Origin: Marsupella aquatica
Taxonomy: Eukaryota > Plantae > Marchantiophyta
Direction: 5' to 3'
Length of the DNA stretch: 64,000 nucleotides
Assembly (NCBI GenBank): GCA_973895155.1
Contig: OZ316894.1
Location: forward strand, 186,001-250,000
Positions within the stretch are counted from its first letter, which is position 1; each line of letters opens with the position of its first letter. Shown here piece after piece: positions 35,260 through 47,195 of the stretch. The notes under the pieces are model-generated. The model saw only the letters and a list, made by a program, of their open reading frames with translations. It searched no databases and was not told where the DNA came from. The translations under genes and the position numbers were made by a program.

Positions 35260-38232
35260 CAATTAACTTCATCATCGGAAGTGGGCCCAGCAGCAGACGA
35301 ACCTCCTAATACTGAGGCTAATAGGGATTTACACCATGATATGGGAGTGTCAGCTACCCTTGAGCCATTTGCACCAGAAGTATCCAAACTTGGACTTCAG
35401 CCGGCAAACCTCACGGATGGAATTGTGGATCCAAAAGCTTGTCAGAAAATCGAAATTGAGCCAGGCAAGTTTTTGAATATTGGTAAGCATATCGAAAGAG
35501 AGCTACGGGAACAGTATATCAGTTTATTAACCCAGTATAAAGATGTCTTTGCCTGGAGTCATTCTGATTTAAAAGGTATCCATCCACATTTGGGCGAACA
35601 TCGTATTGACCTTATGGAAGGAGCAGTACCTGTCCGACAGAGACAGTACCGTTTGAATCCCAAATATTCCATCCTGGTTAAAGACGAGTTGGACAAGCTC
35701 ACGACTGCTGGATTTATCTACCCGGTCTTGAGTAGTGAATGGGTCTCACCAATTGTCATTGTCCCCAAAAAGCCGGGACCCGATGGTAAAACGAAAATTC
35801 GCGTTTGTCAAGACTTCCGGAAGTTGAATGCTGCCACTCGGAAAGATCATTATCCTTTGCCATTTATTGATCTGGTACTTGATTCAGTGGCCTTGCATGA
35901 GTTATACAGTTTTTTAGATGGGTACTCTGGTTATAACCAGGTGTCCATTCGGAAGGAGGATCGCGACAAGACTACGTTCACCACCGACTGGGGTACATAT
36001 GCATTTACCATGATGCCTTTTGGGCTGTGTAATGCCCCGGGTACTTTTCAGCGCATTATGATGATTATTTTTCAAGAATATTTGCGGCATTTCATGGAGA
36101 TTTTTATTGACGACTTTTGTGTTTACGGGTCAGCGGCTGAACACCTCGTCCATTTGGAGAAGACATTTCAGAAGTGTAGAGAGGCTCAGTTGTGTCTTCA
36201 TCCAGAAAAGTGCTTTATTGGTATGAAGGAGGGAATTTTGTTAGGCCATGTTATTTCACAACGCGGCATTGAGGTTGATACAGAGAAGGTTAGAGTAATT
36301 ATGGAGTTGCAACCACCGACCGATTTAAAGCAGCTTCGTGCTTTTCTGGGACATGTGGGGTATTATCGTCGGTTCATTTATAAACATGCTAATATTGCCT
36401 TACCCTTAACCCAACTGTTAAAAAGTGATGTGGAATATACATGGAATGAGGAGCGGCAGCAAGCATTCCAGTTGCTCAAGGATCGGTTAATCTCTGCACC
36501 TATTTTGTCACCCCCAGATTGGACTAAGAAGTTTCATGTCTTCATTGACTCTTCTGCGTTCTGCATTGGAGCTAATCTCAGTCAGAAGGATGTGGAAAAC
36601 CGTGACCATCCAATTTACTATGCCAGCCGCCAAATGAGTGCAGCCGAGAAAAACTACTCCGTCACTGAACGGGAAGCTTTGGCCATCGTCTTTGCGTGTA
36701 AGAAATTTCGTCACTATTTGTTGGGGTATCAGGTTACTTTTCACACTGATCATAATTCCTTAAAATATTTGGTTAACCAAGTGGATCTCTCAGGACGAGT
36801 AGCCCGCTGGGTTTTACTACTCCAAGAATTTGATTATGAAGTTCATGTCCGACCTGGCAAACATCATGAGAATGCAGACTTCCTATCTCGGTTACCTGGT
36901 CCGGAGAATCAGCATAATCTCTCCGATGAATTTCCTGACGAGCATTTGTGGCACATTGAAGGGGAGTCTTCTCGATATTTTAATATTGTGCACATGCTGC
37001 TTCATGGAACGTTCCCTGAAGGCTTTAATGCGGAAGAACGAGCTGTCTTTGCTCATAAGGTGGGTCCCTATACCATTATTCGGGGCACTTTGTTTAAACA
37101 AGGTCCTGATCAACAATTACGACGTTGTCTAGAGGATAGGGAACTTCCCCAAGTAATTGAAGCTTTACATTCAGGAGAAACCGGTGGGCATTATGCTGTG
37201 AATACCACAGTTAAGAAAATTTTGGATGCTGGATACTGGTGGCCTACTATGCATCGAGATACTTACAATTTTATTAAGACCTGTGATCCCTGTCAAAGGA
37301 TCGGGAAGCCCACTGCTAGTTCCAAATGGCCTCTTACGCCTATCCTTCCGTTGGCACCATTTGAGAAATGGGGGATTGATTTTATTGGCCCAATTTCTCC
37401 AGCAGCTCGGAAAAGCCGAAGCAAATATATTATTCTGGCCACTGATTATGCCACCAAATGGGTAGAGGCGAAAGCTACTCGCAAGAATGATGCTATAACC
37501 GCAGCTGCATTTCTCTTTGAGCACATTATCACCCGGTTTGGTTGTCCTTTGGAGTTGGTAAGCGATAGGGGTTTGCATTTTCTTAACTCAACTATTGAGT
37601 TAATCACTGACCTTTATCTTATCAAGCATCGCAAAACTACTCCTTACAACCCCCGAGCTAATGGCTTAACCGAGAGAGCTAATGGCATTATGGGCAAGAT
37701 TCTGAATAAAATGGTAGAATCTCACAAGACAGATTGGGATGTGAAGCTCCATTCTGCATTATGGGCTTACCGCACCGCTGAGAAGATTACAACTCTTCAC
37801 ACCCCCTTCTATCTGACCTATGGCCTGAATAGTATTATTCCAATAGAATTTTCGTTACCAACGGAACGTATCTTGGTACCACACCGACTCTCTCCTTCAG
37901 ATAGTCTCTCACATCGGTTTTCCAATATTGTTAAATTAGAAGAAGTTAGACTTTTAGCATTAGACCATACAGTCACCATTCAGAACCAGCGTAAACTTGC
38001 TTATGATAAGAAGCTGCGCGTAGTGCAGTTAGATGTTGGTGATTTAGCATTAGTCTTTGATTCTCGTTATATGCTATTTCCTGGGAAACTTCATACTCAT
38101 TGGATTGGTCCTTACCGAGTTACACACATCTGGGATAATGGTTCAGTTTCATTGACTACCTTAGATGGTCACCCACTTAACACTAGAATCAATGGGTTTA
38201 GGATTAAACGGTACTATGAGTCTTCCATTTAG
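35260..38232 (+). CDS. pol: Element C RT-RNase H-integrase, in frame with Gag-PR after a single TGA
   Basis: CQDFRKLN, LDGYSGY, MPFGLCNAP, FIDD, IDSSAFCIG..EREAL, HHCC zinc finger, WGIDFIGP..SDRG..ANGLTE, WIGPY. No chromodomain or second RNase H seen. Confidence 0.93.
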   Translation, partial: QLTSSSEVGPAADEPPNTEANRDLHHDMGVSATLEPFAPEVSKLGLQPANLTDGIVDPKACQKIEIEPGKFLNIGKHIERELREQYISLLTQYKDVFAWSHSDLKGIHPHLGEHRIDLMEGAVPVRQRQYRLNPKYSILVKDELDKLTTAGFIYPVLSSEWVSPIVIVPKKPGPDGKTKIRVCQDFRKLNAATRKDHYPLPFIDLVLDSVALHELYSFLDGYSGYNQVSIRKEDRDKTTFTTDWGTYAFTMMPFGLCNAPGTFQRIMMIIFQEYLRHFMEIFIDDFCVYGSAAEHLVHLEKTFQKCREAQLCLHPEKCFIGMKEGILLGHVISQRGIEVDTEKVRVIMELQPPTDLKQLRAFLGHVGYYRRFIYKHANIALPLTQLLKSDVEYTWNEERQQAFQLLKDRLISAPILSPPDWTKKFHVFIDSSAFCIGANLSQKDVENRDHPIYYASRQMSAAEKNYSVTEREALAIVFACKKFRHYLLGYQVTFHTDHNSLKYLVNQVDLSGRVARWVLLLQEFDYEVHVRPGKHHENADFLSRLPGPENQHNLSDEFPDEHLWHIEGESSRYFNIVHMLLHGTFPEGFNAEERAVFAHKVGPYTIIRGTLFKQGPDQQLRRCLEDRELPQVIEALHSGETGGHYAVNTTVKKILDAGYWWPTMHRDTYNFIKTCDPCQRIGKPTASSKWPLTPILPLAPFEKWGIDFIGPISPAARKSRSKYIILATDYATKWVEAKATRKNDAITAAAFLFEHIITRFGCPLELVSDRGLHFLNSTIELITDLYLIKHRKTTPYNPRANGLTERANGIMGKILNKMVESHKTDWDVKLHSALWAYRTAEKITTLHTPFYLTYGLNSIIPIEFSLPTERILVPHRLSPSDSLSHRFSNIVKLEEVRLLALDHTVTIQNQRKLAYDKKLRVVQLDVGDLALVFDSRYMLFPGKLHTHWIGPYRVTHIWDNGSVSLTTLDGHPLNTRINGFRIKRYYESSI

Positions 38233-38254
38233 AATTCCACCTGGGACAGGTTGC

Positions 38255-38270
38255 AATTTAAGTGGAGGGC
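38255..38270 (+). promoter_or_regulatory. Internal (first) PPT of element C
   Basis: AATTTAAGTGGAGGGC, identical to the terminal PPT at 41738-41753. Confidence 0.8.
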
Positions 38271-38615
38271 GGTAGTTATACTTAGTTAGAATTAGTGACC
38301 CTCCCTAGTAAGTATTCGGCATATTTTTTTAATTTTTTTTAGTTACTTTCAGTTTTTACATTGGACGCTGTGAAAAGCGTCCATTGTAACTCGACGCTGG
38401 GGAAGCGTCCACTTAGTTTACAAAGGACGTTGTGCAGAGGTCCGCTTTTGTATTAGTTCAGTTGCATGAGACGCTGTGAGCCGATGACTAGGCATCTTGT
38501 ACAATGGCGGATTGCGACAGCTCAACGGGACGCTGAGGAGTAAGCAGTCGCGCTTCGCCCTAGTTCACTATGGAACACGATTCTCACTGAGCTTACGGAG
38601 CTAACAAGTCACGCG

Positions 38616-41600
38616 ATGGCGGAGACTGAGCTGACGACGCGACCAATACTCGCAGACATTCCATCGAATGCAGTGCATAGGCGGCAGTTGAAGACGGCTC
38701 TGGCAAAAATGGGCTTGAAGAAGCTGCTTCAACTTCCTTGGAAGATTTGCGAATTCAGCCTTATCGATCAAGGTGTCTGGGACGCTGAAGAAAGGATTGG
38801 TGTGCGCTCGCGTCCCAGTGTTTGGACTGAAGCGCTCATAGCGAAGGTCTATTCGACGCCGATGGAGGGCGAGGATTTACAGAGGGTTGATTGTGAGCCT
38901 CGGGTTTATGTAGAATCCTTCTTCGCTCCAGGATCTTTCAAGAGGCGGAATGGATGGCTAGCGGCGGACTGCTTAGATAATTCTCTGCAGCGTCTATTTC
39001 GATTTCTGGCACCAATTTTCTACCCAGAAAGCCAGACACGCATCACTCTTTCGTTCGCTGCAACGGTGATCTGTTCATTAGAACAGACGCAGTCTATCAA
39101 TTGGACGAAGGTTTTGCACCGAGTAATTCATACTCAGGTCAAAAATTTTCGTAGCAGGCTGAAAACGGGGAAAATAAGGTGTACCTACTTGGCCCCTTAT
39201 TTAGCTCACATTTACCATAAGTATGACTGTCTGCTTGTCTTGGAAAAAGATTTTTATCGCAACAATCAGAGAGCATCTACCGGTGAAGCAAATTATATGC
39301 CTGAAGTACGAGAAGTCCGAGCCAATTCCACAGTGGTAGAGCTATGTGCAATACTCGACTGTGAGGAACTTGAACTGGTGGGTGAAGTTCGGAAATTGAA
39401 AGAGACAAGAGCATCAGCTGAAGGGAGTGACGATCCGATTCTTCACCAACCAAGAGAGGCTCAAGTTGCCGAAGATGTTCCTTCAGCAATGCCAACAGGG
39501 TTGGAGCATTCTATGTCACCTCGACTCTCGTGTTCACCTTGTGCTGCCGAGCCTATTTATGATGTTGATTAGGATAATTCTGCTTCTCGGATGAATGTTG
39601 AAGATGAGGTGAGGGTGGATGAAGAAGGTTTTTCAGGGGAACCTCTTCAACATTCTACTGCTGAGGACGAGTATGATGGATTTACTTCTACCCCTGTTTT
39701 GGTTCCCATAGAGGCAAATAGTGATGCTTTGCAGGCTTTACAGGAGTATGATTCGTCCGACTCTCTTAGTTCTAGCCCAAATATAGGTGAAATCCCTCTG
39801 GTCCAGGAGTCAGAAATATTAAGCTCAGAAATTGTGAAGCTGGTTAAAGTTGATTCGGAGGATGCAATTGTGGATATAGACGAAGTAGGTGAACCAGTGA
39901 CTTCTCCCCAATCTGTCGCAAGATACCCTGCCTGGTCTACACCTGGTTCACTCATATCGATTCCTTTGGATATAACTAAGGAATTAGATGAGGCAATAGC
40001 CGCGATAGGAGCTCCTTCATTTCCGCCTGTAAAATGGGTTTCTCCTGAAGATGAGTTGATTGAAGGAGGCTCTGCTGGTTTTCCGAGTCGCAATCAGGTA
40101 TCTGGTAATATGGGTATATCTGTACCCATATTGGTACCCGAGACACCCGCTTCGACAACCAGCTCAGCACCAGTTTCATTGGCTACAAACGAGGATAAAA
40201 ACATTCGGGAGGAGTTTTCAGTGACGTATACTCGAAAATCTTGGAAACGGTTGCGCCATGCTATCAGTCGACAGATCTTTCCTGAAGCATCTTCCCAGGA
40301 TTTTGAACAGGGAGAAGCACCTATCGGAACAGACGAGCTACCCCTTCCTGTACTTTTGACAGATCGAACTAACCAGGAAGTCTCTTTACCTAGCGATAAT
40401 TTTAAAGAAGAACTTCCTGTTTTAGTACCAATGCATCCCATTGCAGATCAACCAGCTACTGTTGCAAGAGAAGAATTTGAACCACTGGAGCCCGAACCTT
40501 CTGCTCCTTCGTCTCCTGTTACATTGCCAATTCGACCAGTTAAGGAGTCAGTGATTCCTTCCGCTATGCCAGATGTAATTTTCCGTTGGATAGGAGCACC
40601 AAGTGATGGAGAAGAAGACGAAGACCCTCGCATTATCAGAGTACCTCCTCGACTTCGGCATACAGTGGATTTGCCACCCCGAAATCCTATCCCTAATTTG
40701 GCTTCAATTCACAGGTGGGAGAAGAAACATTTTCGAGTAGCTTTTCGACATCTGGAGATGGAGAGCATTTTGCAGCAGCAGCAGATTTTGCCAATGACAT
40801 CCCATCCGAGGATTCGTAGTTTGATTCGCACATATGAACCTGGGAAGGCGGTTCCTCCCATTGATAAGGACAGACGACATAAGTTTTCGGAGTTCGAAAT
40901 TTGGTGTTGGGTGTATATGCTTCGACGAGCTCAAGCTCCATTTCCGCCCCTTGTGCCGGAAATTCCATGGCCCTATCCATACTATGTTTGGGTTTGTCCT
41001 GGTGGGTTTGCTATTCCAATTAAATATGAGAAGAAGCTTGTTAAGCTAAGGGAGCAGTTGATTACAAAACAATGTATGCTACCGGCTTCCCAAGGGTTCA
41101 AGTCGCTTAGGTGTTTAGCGTTCCTACCTATTATTCCTTCTTATCCGGATGTGATTATTCAAGGTGTTTTATCTAGGACACAGATTTGAAGGACACCATT
41201 TATGAGAGATATCAAACGGTGTTGTCATTTATATGTATATAAGCCGTTACTTTTGCAGCATCCTGCAATTGTTTCCTTCTTTCTCCTTCGAATTGATATT
41301 TATCTGCTCATGTGGGACATCAAAGCTACTATGGATTGTTGGAATTCTTTACCCCGTGCTTTCCAACATTCCTTTGAAGGCAAGATCAAACTGGGAGGAC
41401 ATGCTATTCAACACTTTGTTATTGATCCAGGCTCTCGAATTAATTTCCTCTCCCACAGACTGTGCCAGCAATTTGTTCATCAAGAAGTACAACCGATATC
41501 TGCTCAGATATCAATCGATGGACGAATCATTAATCTTTGGGGAAGAGTTAAAGGAGTCCCAATACAGATCGGAGAAGAATTCCATGACCTCGATTTTTAT

Positions 41601-41678
41601 ATTCTGGATTCGGATATCTCCCAACTCCCGTCAATGATTTTGAGCACTACTTGGATTATTAAGCCAGAATATTATTAA
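38616..41678 (+). CDS. Element C extra ORF region: three same-frame ORFs (38616-39572, 39591-41189, 41202-41678); plant-transposon-protein-like domain, acidic/Pro-rich linker, retropepsin-like C-terminus
   Basis: All three ORFs share one frame, separated only by TAG 39570-39572 and TGA 41187-41189. GLKKLLQLPW..WTEALIAKVYSTPMEG..NGW..INW; IDPGSRINF...MILSTTWI. Confidence 0.75.
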
Positions 41679-41737
41679 TGAAGAACATGTCACTCGCTTC
41701 TGATTCAATTCGGTCATGTCTTGTGGGGACACGGCGA

Positions 41738-41755
41738 AATTTAAGTGGAGGGCTA
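41738..41755 (+). promoter_or_regulatory. Terminal PPT of element C
   Basis: AATTTAAGTGGAGGGCTA directly before the 3' LTR TG. Confidence 0.85.
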
Positions 41756-43145
41756 TGTGGTATGGGTGTCCCTGCAATTTTTTCTGGAAACTTGTTTATT
41801 TTTAGCATATCACAAGATTTACTTACACTTTAGACACCTTCCGGCCAACATTTACTTGTTCTGGACACTTATAGAAATATTTGACATCTCCGGCTTTCCT
41901 GACGATTCCTAGTGTACTTTGCCCGACGCTGTGACCAGCGCCCGTTTCTTTTACTCAAGACGCTGCGGAAGCGTCCAACCTCCTCATGACGCTTTTGGCA
42001 GTGCCCGACCGCCACCAAGACTCTATGAGGATTTCGACCGACGCTGTGGAAAGCGTCAGCTTCAACACACGACGCTGTGAGCAGCGTCCACCCTAGTATT
42101 GACGCTGTGAGCAGTGTGAGCAGCGTCCGTTGGTTTTACTTAAGACGCTTCTAGCAGCGTCCAGATTCTCCCGACGCTTCTAGCAGCGTCCGCTCAACAC
42201 TTAGTTTTTGAAGTAGATTACTAGTAAAGTAGTATTCTACCACCCTTGTTGAAGTACTTATGCTGTGCTTCTCCCTTGTTTAGTTTTAAGCTTGGAAAGG
42301 CACGACTGTTCTTACCTCCTCCATTTTAGGATTCCAGCACTTATAAGACAGAGTAGAATGCTCATTTGAAGTAGAGAGAAATAGAGTTAATACTGTATTC
42401 AGAACTGAGTCTTCTGAATAGTTTTCTCCTCCTTCCATTGTAACAAGGCATGCTGTGAGTGTTTTGTATGGAAGTAAAGCTATATTGATTGAAGTTAAGA
42501 TTGAATTCAAGAGATTCCTGTGGTGATTGAATTCAGTTGCAGATTTCTGAAACTCGTATTGAATTCACTGCTAGGCTTGCTTGCAGAGTCGGGATTCGCT
42601 AGCCAATTCAAGAATAGTTAATGATAAATGAGAAGTAAATTCTGATTCTCAGAGTAGTTAGTACTGTTGCTTTGATTCTGGAATATGGTTTAGAGTTTGA
42701 CTGAATTGCGTATCGCTGATGTCAAACCATGTTGACGGCATTTTAAATCATATCATTCATTTGCAATCAGAAAGCTTCTGCTTCATCAGATTGAGAATTC
42801 CATTATCATTAACCTTTGTGTTTTGAAGAGTGAGATGGATGAATTATGAGATAGATTTCATGTCTATACTGAGCCCAAATCCTTTCTGAAGGAGTGGCAG
42901 TAGCAGCTTGTAGTCTCTAAATCCTTACTCATTTCTTCTCTAATTCATAAATCAGAAGTTCAGTTACTTTGTTGTTTGTTTATTCGATTTTTTTATTGAG
43001 AAGTGAAGTCAACATAGAGCTCAAGACTCTAAATCACTCGGAGTGATAAAAGTTATACAATTCATTCTGAAATCTGTTCTTAAAGGGATCGAAACCCTGG
43101 TTTTAGGTGAGGAGAGTCACTTTTGATACTTAGCACTATACGACA
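41756..43145 (+). repeat. Element C 3' LTR (1390 bp)
   Basis: Matches 29598-30987, followed by TSD GCAAT. Confidence 0.96.
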
Positions 43146-46100
43146 GCAATCGATAAGGACATCAAAGCAGCCGAGACCACCCGGCGACAGGAGCAAGAAA
43201 AGCAAGAAAAGCAAGAGGAAGTCAAGCAACAGCCGAAGGAAGACAAGAAGGAGGACTATGATATTAAGGAAGACGTGAAGAGTTGCCCGGTTACAGCAAC
43301 GGTAGGACAACTGTTGCAAAACAATCCATAATACCGACGGCAACTGAGGGAGTTGCTTACGGGTCGACGACGGAGGCGACTACCCCGAGTTGGGATCGCG
43401 GATTGCAACATGATATGCGAGGACCTGGGAGCGCCGGACATCTCGATTGAAATTAATAATTGTACCATCAAGATGGTTCTCGTAGACGGAGGAGCGGGAG
43501 TCAACATCATGATTGAAGAAACGTCAGTCAAGTTAGGATACCTCACGTATCAACCCATAGCCCGAGCTATCAGATTAGCAAACGGGGCAAGGGTTCTTCC
43601 ATTGGGCACGCTCACACGGGTACTCACTCTGGTAGGAGGGGTGGAGTTCTATCTCAACTTCCTAGTCATGAGGCCGGTTCGGCCCTCCTCTTATCCGGTC
43701 CTCCTAGGCAGGCCGTGGCTGTACGGTGGCCGTGTGGTCATGGATTGGGGAAAGAAGGAACTACGGTTCGGGACACCCACAGTACGGGTATCATGGGCAA
43801 TGGACGATTATCAGGGCGAAACCCCACAGGGACCCGAGGAATATGATTCGGAGACCTCGGAGGAAGAGGAACTCAATATGATTGAACTCATCTCGTCCCT
43901 GTCCGAGGAAGATGTCTTCGGAGTTGAGGCAACCCGCAAAGCACATCTCCTGAATTACCCGAAGGCTGCTATTGAGTCCACCCCGAGCACCTCTACTGCC
44001 CGGGATGAGGAAACGCAAAAACGACTCATCGATACGGAGGACACGGCTCCAGCTAAGCAGGGAGCTGATGCTGCTTCTACCAGTGCAGAGCCCCGTGACC
44101 ACGAACCAGCCAAACAACCGCCCGAGGCCGAAAAGCCAAGACCGAGACATAAGAAGCGAGTCTCCTGGGATCCGTCCATCCCGCAATTGGAGGAAGTAAC
44201 TCCAATCCCGAGACCAGTCCCGGTTCCACCCATGTACGGAGGAGTTCGGTTAGCTGAACTTGATGAGAGCTTGGACCCGAGCTTGCGGAACCAGGTTGAA
44301 GTCATCAGGAAGGAGCACTACCGGAAGTACACCATTGGGATGGATAAATCTTTTAACCTGGGCCACGCTCTGACGGGGGAGGCGGAAAAATCCATCCAAG
44401 CTCTGCTCAAGGAATATGAAGATGTGTTTGCATAGAGCCATCACGATTTAATAGGAGTCTCCCCCGAGTTAGGAGAACACACGATCAATTTGAATTTGGG
44501 GGCCCATGCAGTACGGCAGCGACAACGTCGCATGAACCCGAGGTATTCCATCTTAGTGAAGGAGGAAATTGACCGTCTCCTCGCCGCAGATATCATCTAC
44601 CCGGTAATGGCCAGCGACTGGGTCTCTCCCATTGTCATTGTACCAAAAAAAGGAGGTACGGACGGAAAACCTAAAATCCGGATCTGTCAGGACTATTGTA
44701 AGCTGAACGACGCGACCCAAAAAGACCATTACCCGTTACCATTCACGGATATGGTTCTAGATATGGTAGCCCGAAATGAAATTTATACATTCCTTGACGG
44801 GTATTCGGGTTATAACCAAATCTGGATTCGCCTCTCAGATCAGCTCAAAACAACGTTCACTACGGAATGGGGGACTTTCGCATTTCGGAGAATGCCTTTC
44901 GGTCTGTGTAACGCCCCGGCCATGTTTCAGCGACTCATGATGAATATCTTCCATGATTTCCTACGGGAATTTCTGGAGATATTCATCGACGACTTCGCCA
45001 TCTTTGGAACCGTCGCCATGCACCCCGAACACCTAAGACGTACGTTGCAACGATGCCGAGAGGTTAACCTCAAACTACATCCCGCCAAGTGCTTTTTCGG
45101 GGTAGAGGAGGGAGTGTTACTCGGGCATCGTGTGTCCAAACGGGGTATCGAGGTGGACGAAGAGAAGGTCGCGGCCTGGATGGCGGTGGTGTTTCCCGTG
45201 GATCAAAAAGTGGTATGATCCTTCTTGGGCTGTGTAGGGTATTACCGTCGGTTCATTAAAGACTTTGCTAAAATAGCGTTGCCTTTGACTGAGATGATGA
45301 AAAAGGACACGGTGATCGAGGAGACACCCAGGAGATGGATTGCTTTCGAAGAACTCCGTAAACGACTCACGACCGCACCTATCATGGTCACTCCGGACTG
45401 GAATAAGGAGTTCCACGTGTATGTCGATGTGTCAGGGTTCTGTATCGGGTCTGTGCTCAGTCAGTTTGATAAGGACGGACGCGACCACCCCATCTACTTC
45501 GCTAGCCGTCAATTATTCACAGCCGAAAAGAATTATTCCCCCACGGATCGAGAAGCACTGGGAATAATCTACTCATGTAAGAAGTTCCGACACTATCTGC
45601 TGGGCTACAAGGTCATATTCCACACGGATCATGATAGCCTGAAGTACATGGTCAACAAAGCAGACATGACAGGATGGATAGCCCGGTGGGTGCTACTTCT
45701 CCAGGAATTTAACTACGAAGTTCGGGTTTGGCCAGGAAAGGCACACCTCAACGCCGACTTCTTTTCAAGGCTGGACGGCGTACCAGTCGATCAACCAATT
45801 GATGATATTTTTCCGGATGAGGAATTGTTCCACGTAGGGGCAGGGACGCCAACGTGGTACGGCTCAATAATCACCTTCCTCTTAACAGGCCGCATCCCTG
45901 ACGGCATCAACAAGGAAGCCGCCGTTGTGTTTCTACGGAAAGCCGGGCCTTACGTCATGGTACAGGGTCACCTACATAAGGAAGGAGTTAATGGGAAGTT
46001 ATGACGCTACTTGGAGTATAAGGAGACGCTTATCGTGATGCGGGCCTTGCATGAAGAAGAAGCTGGAGGTCATTTCGCGGCTATCATGACAGCCCGAAAG

Positions 46101-47195
46101 ATTCTGGACTCAGGGTATTGGTGGCCTACGTTGCATCGGGATGTACAACGCTTCATCAAGGGCTGTGACCTGTGTCAGCGGGTTGGGGCCCCGAGACGAG
46201 CTCATCATCACCCTCTCACGTCCGTGCTTCCATTAGCACCGTTCAAAAAATGGGGTATGGATTATATCGGGCCGTTTTCTCCCGTTACCCGAAGGTGACG
46301 ATGCAGGTACATCCTGCTAGCTATTGATTACTCCACCAAGTGGGTCGAGGCGCGGGCTACGGTGAAGGACGACGCCGCAACCAGCGCCAGGTTCTTATAT
46401 GAACAGATTTTCACCTGGTTTGGACCGCCCTTAGAATTGGTAAGCGATCGTGGAACGCACTTCCTCAATGACACCGTAGCCCAGCTTACGGAGCGTTACC
46501 TAGTCAGGCACCGCAAGACTACCCCGTATCATCCTAAAGCCAACGGGATGACGGAGAGAGCAAATGGTATCATTGGGAAGATCCTCAACAAAACTGTAGC
46601 TACGCACAAAATGGATTGGGATGATAAGTTGTACGCAGCGGTGTACTCGTATAATCTAGCTTACAAAACTACTATGAGTCACAGCCCGTACTTTCTCGTG
46701 TTCGGCCAACATTCGTTGGTGCCCGTCGAGTTTGAAGTACACACTCCACGGGTCAGCATTCGGGATCGCTTACCTGAACTCGAAAGTTCCTCAGACCGAG
46801 CTTATCAGATTGAAGCCTTGGAAGAGGCACGGCTACTAGCAGCTCGACACGCCGTAATGAAGCAGGCAACTTCCAAGAAGCAGCACGACAAAGGACTACG
46901 GAAGGTCGATGTCATGACAGGCGATCTAGTCCTTATGTACGATAGTAGGTACATGCAGTTTCCAGGGAAGCTTCATACCCGTTGGTTAGGGCCCTTTCTA
47001 GTCAATCAGATCTACCCTAACGGATCTTTGGAGCTTGCGATGTACGCCGACGATTTACTCCCTACGCAAGTCAGTTATGATCGTGTAAAGAAGTACCACC
47101 ATCAAGACGACGACGCCGAGAGTGATGTTCGCGAGGATGCTTCACAATTAAGCAGGGAGCTATGTGACGCCGCCGGAATGGCGAGTAATGAATGA
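43146..47195 (+). pseudogene. pol: Element B gag end, protease, RT, RNase H, integrase (several in-frame stops); reading frame runs across the PPT into the 3' LTR
   Basis: VDGGAGVN..LLGRPWL, LDGYSGY, FIDD, VDVSGFCIG, WGMDYIGP, SDRG, WLGPF. Stops at ~43329, 44433, 45216, 46002, 46296. Confidence 0.92.
47150..47162 (+). promoter_or_regulatory. PPT of element B, directly after the integrase coding sequence
   Basis: AAGCAGGGAGCTA|TGTGACG; same layout as the C PPT (AAGTGGAGGGCTA|TG). Confidence 0.75.

Larger units (their letters stand above)
29598..43145 (+). mobile_element. Athila-like Ty3/gypsy element C, young, full length, with 3' extra ORF region
   Basis: 1390-bp LTRs differing at only two positions I could see, TSD GCAAT (29593-29597 and 43146-43150), tRNA-Asp PBS, two PPTs. 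Confidence 0.96.

Noticed and set aside
37950-38232. Chromodomain or additional archaeal-type RNase H in C or B pol
   Set aside because: Integrase ends shortly after the GPY/F motif and RNase H is followed directly by the integrase zinc finger.
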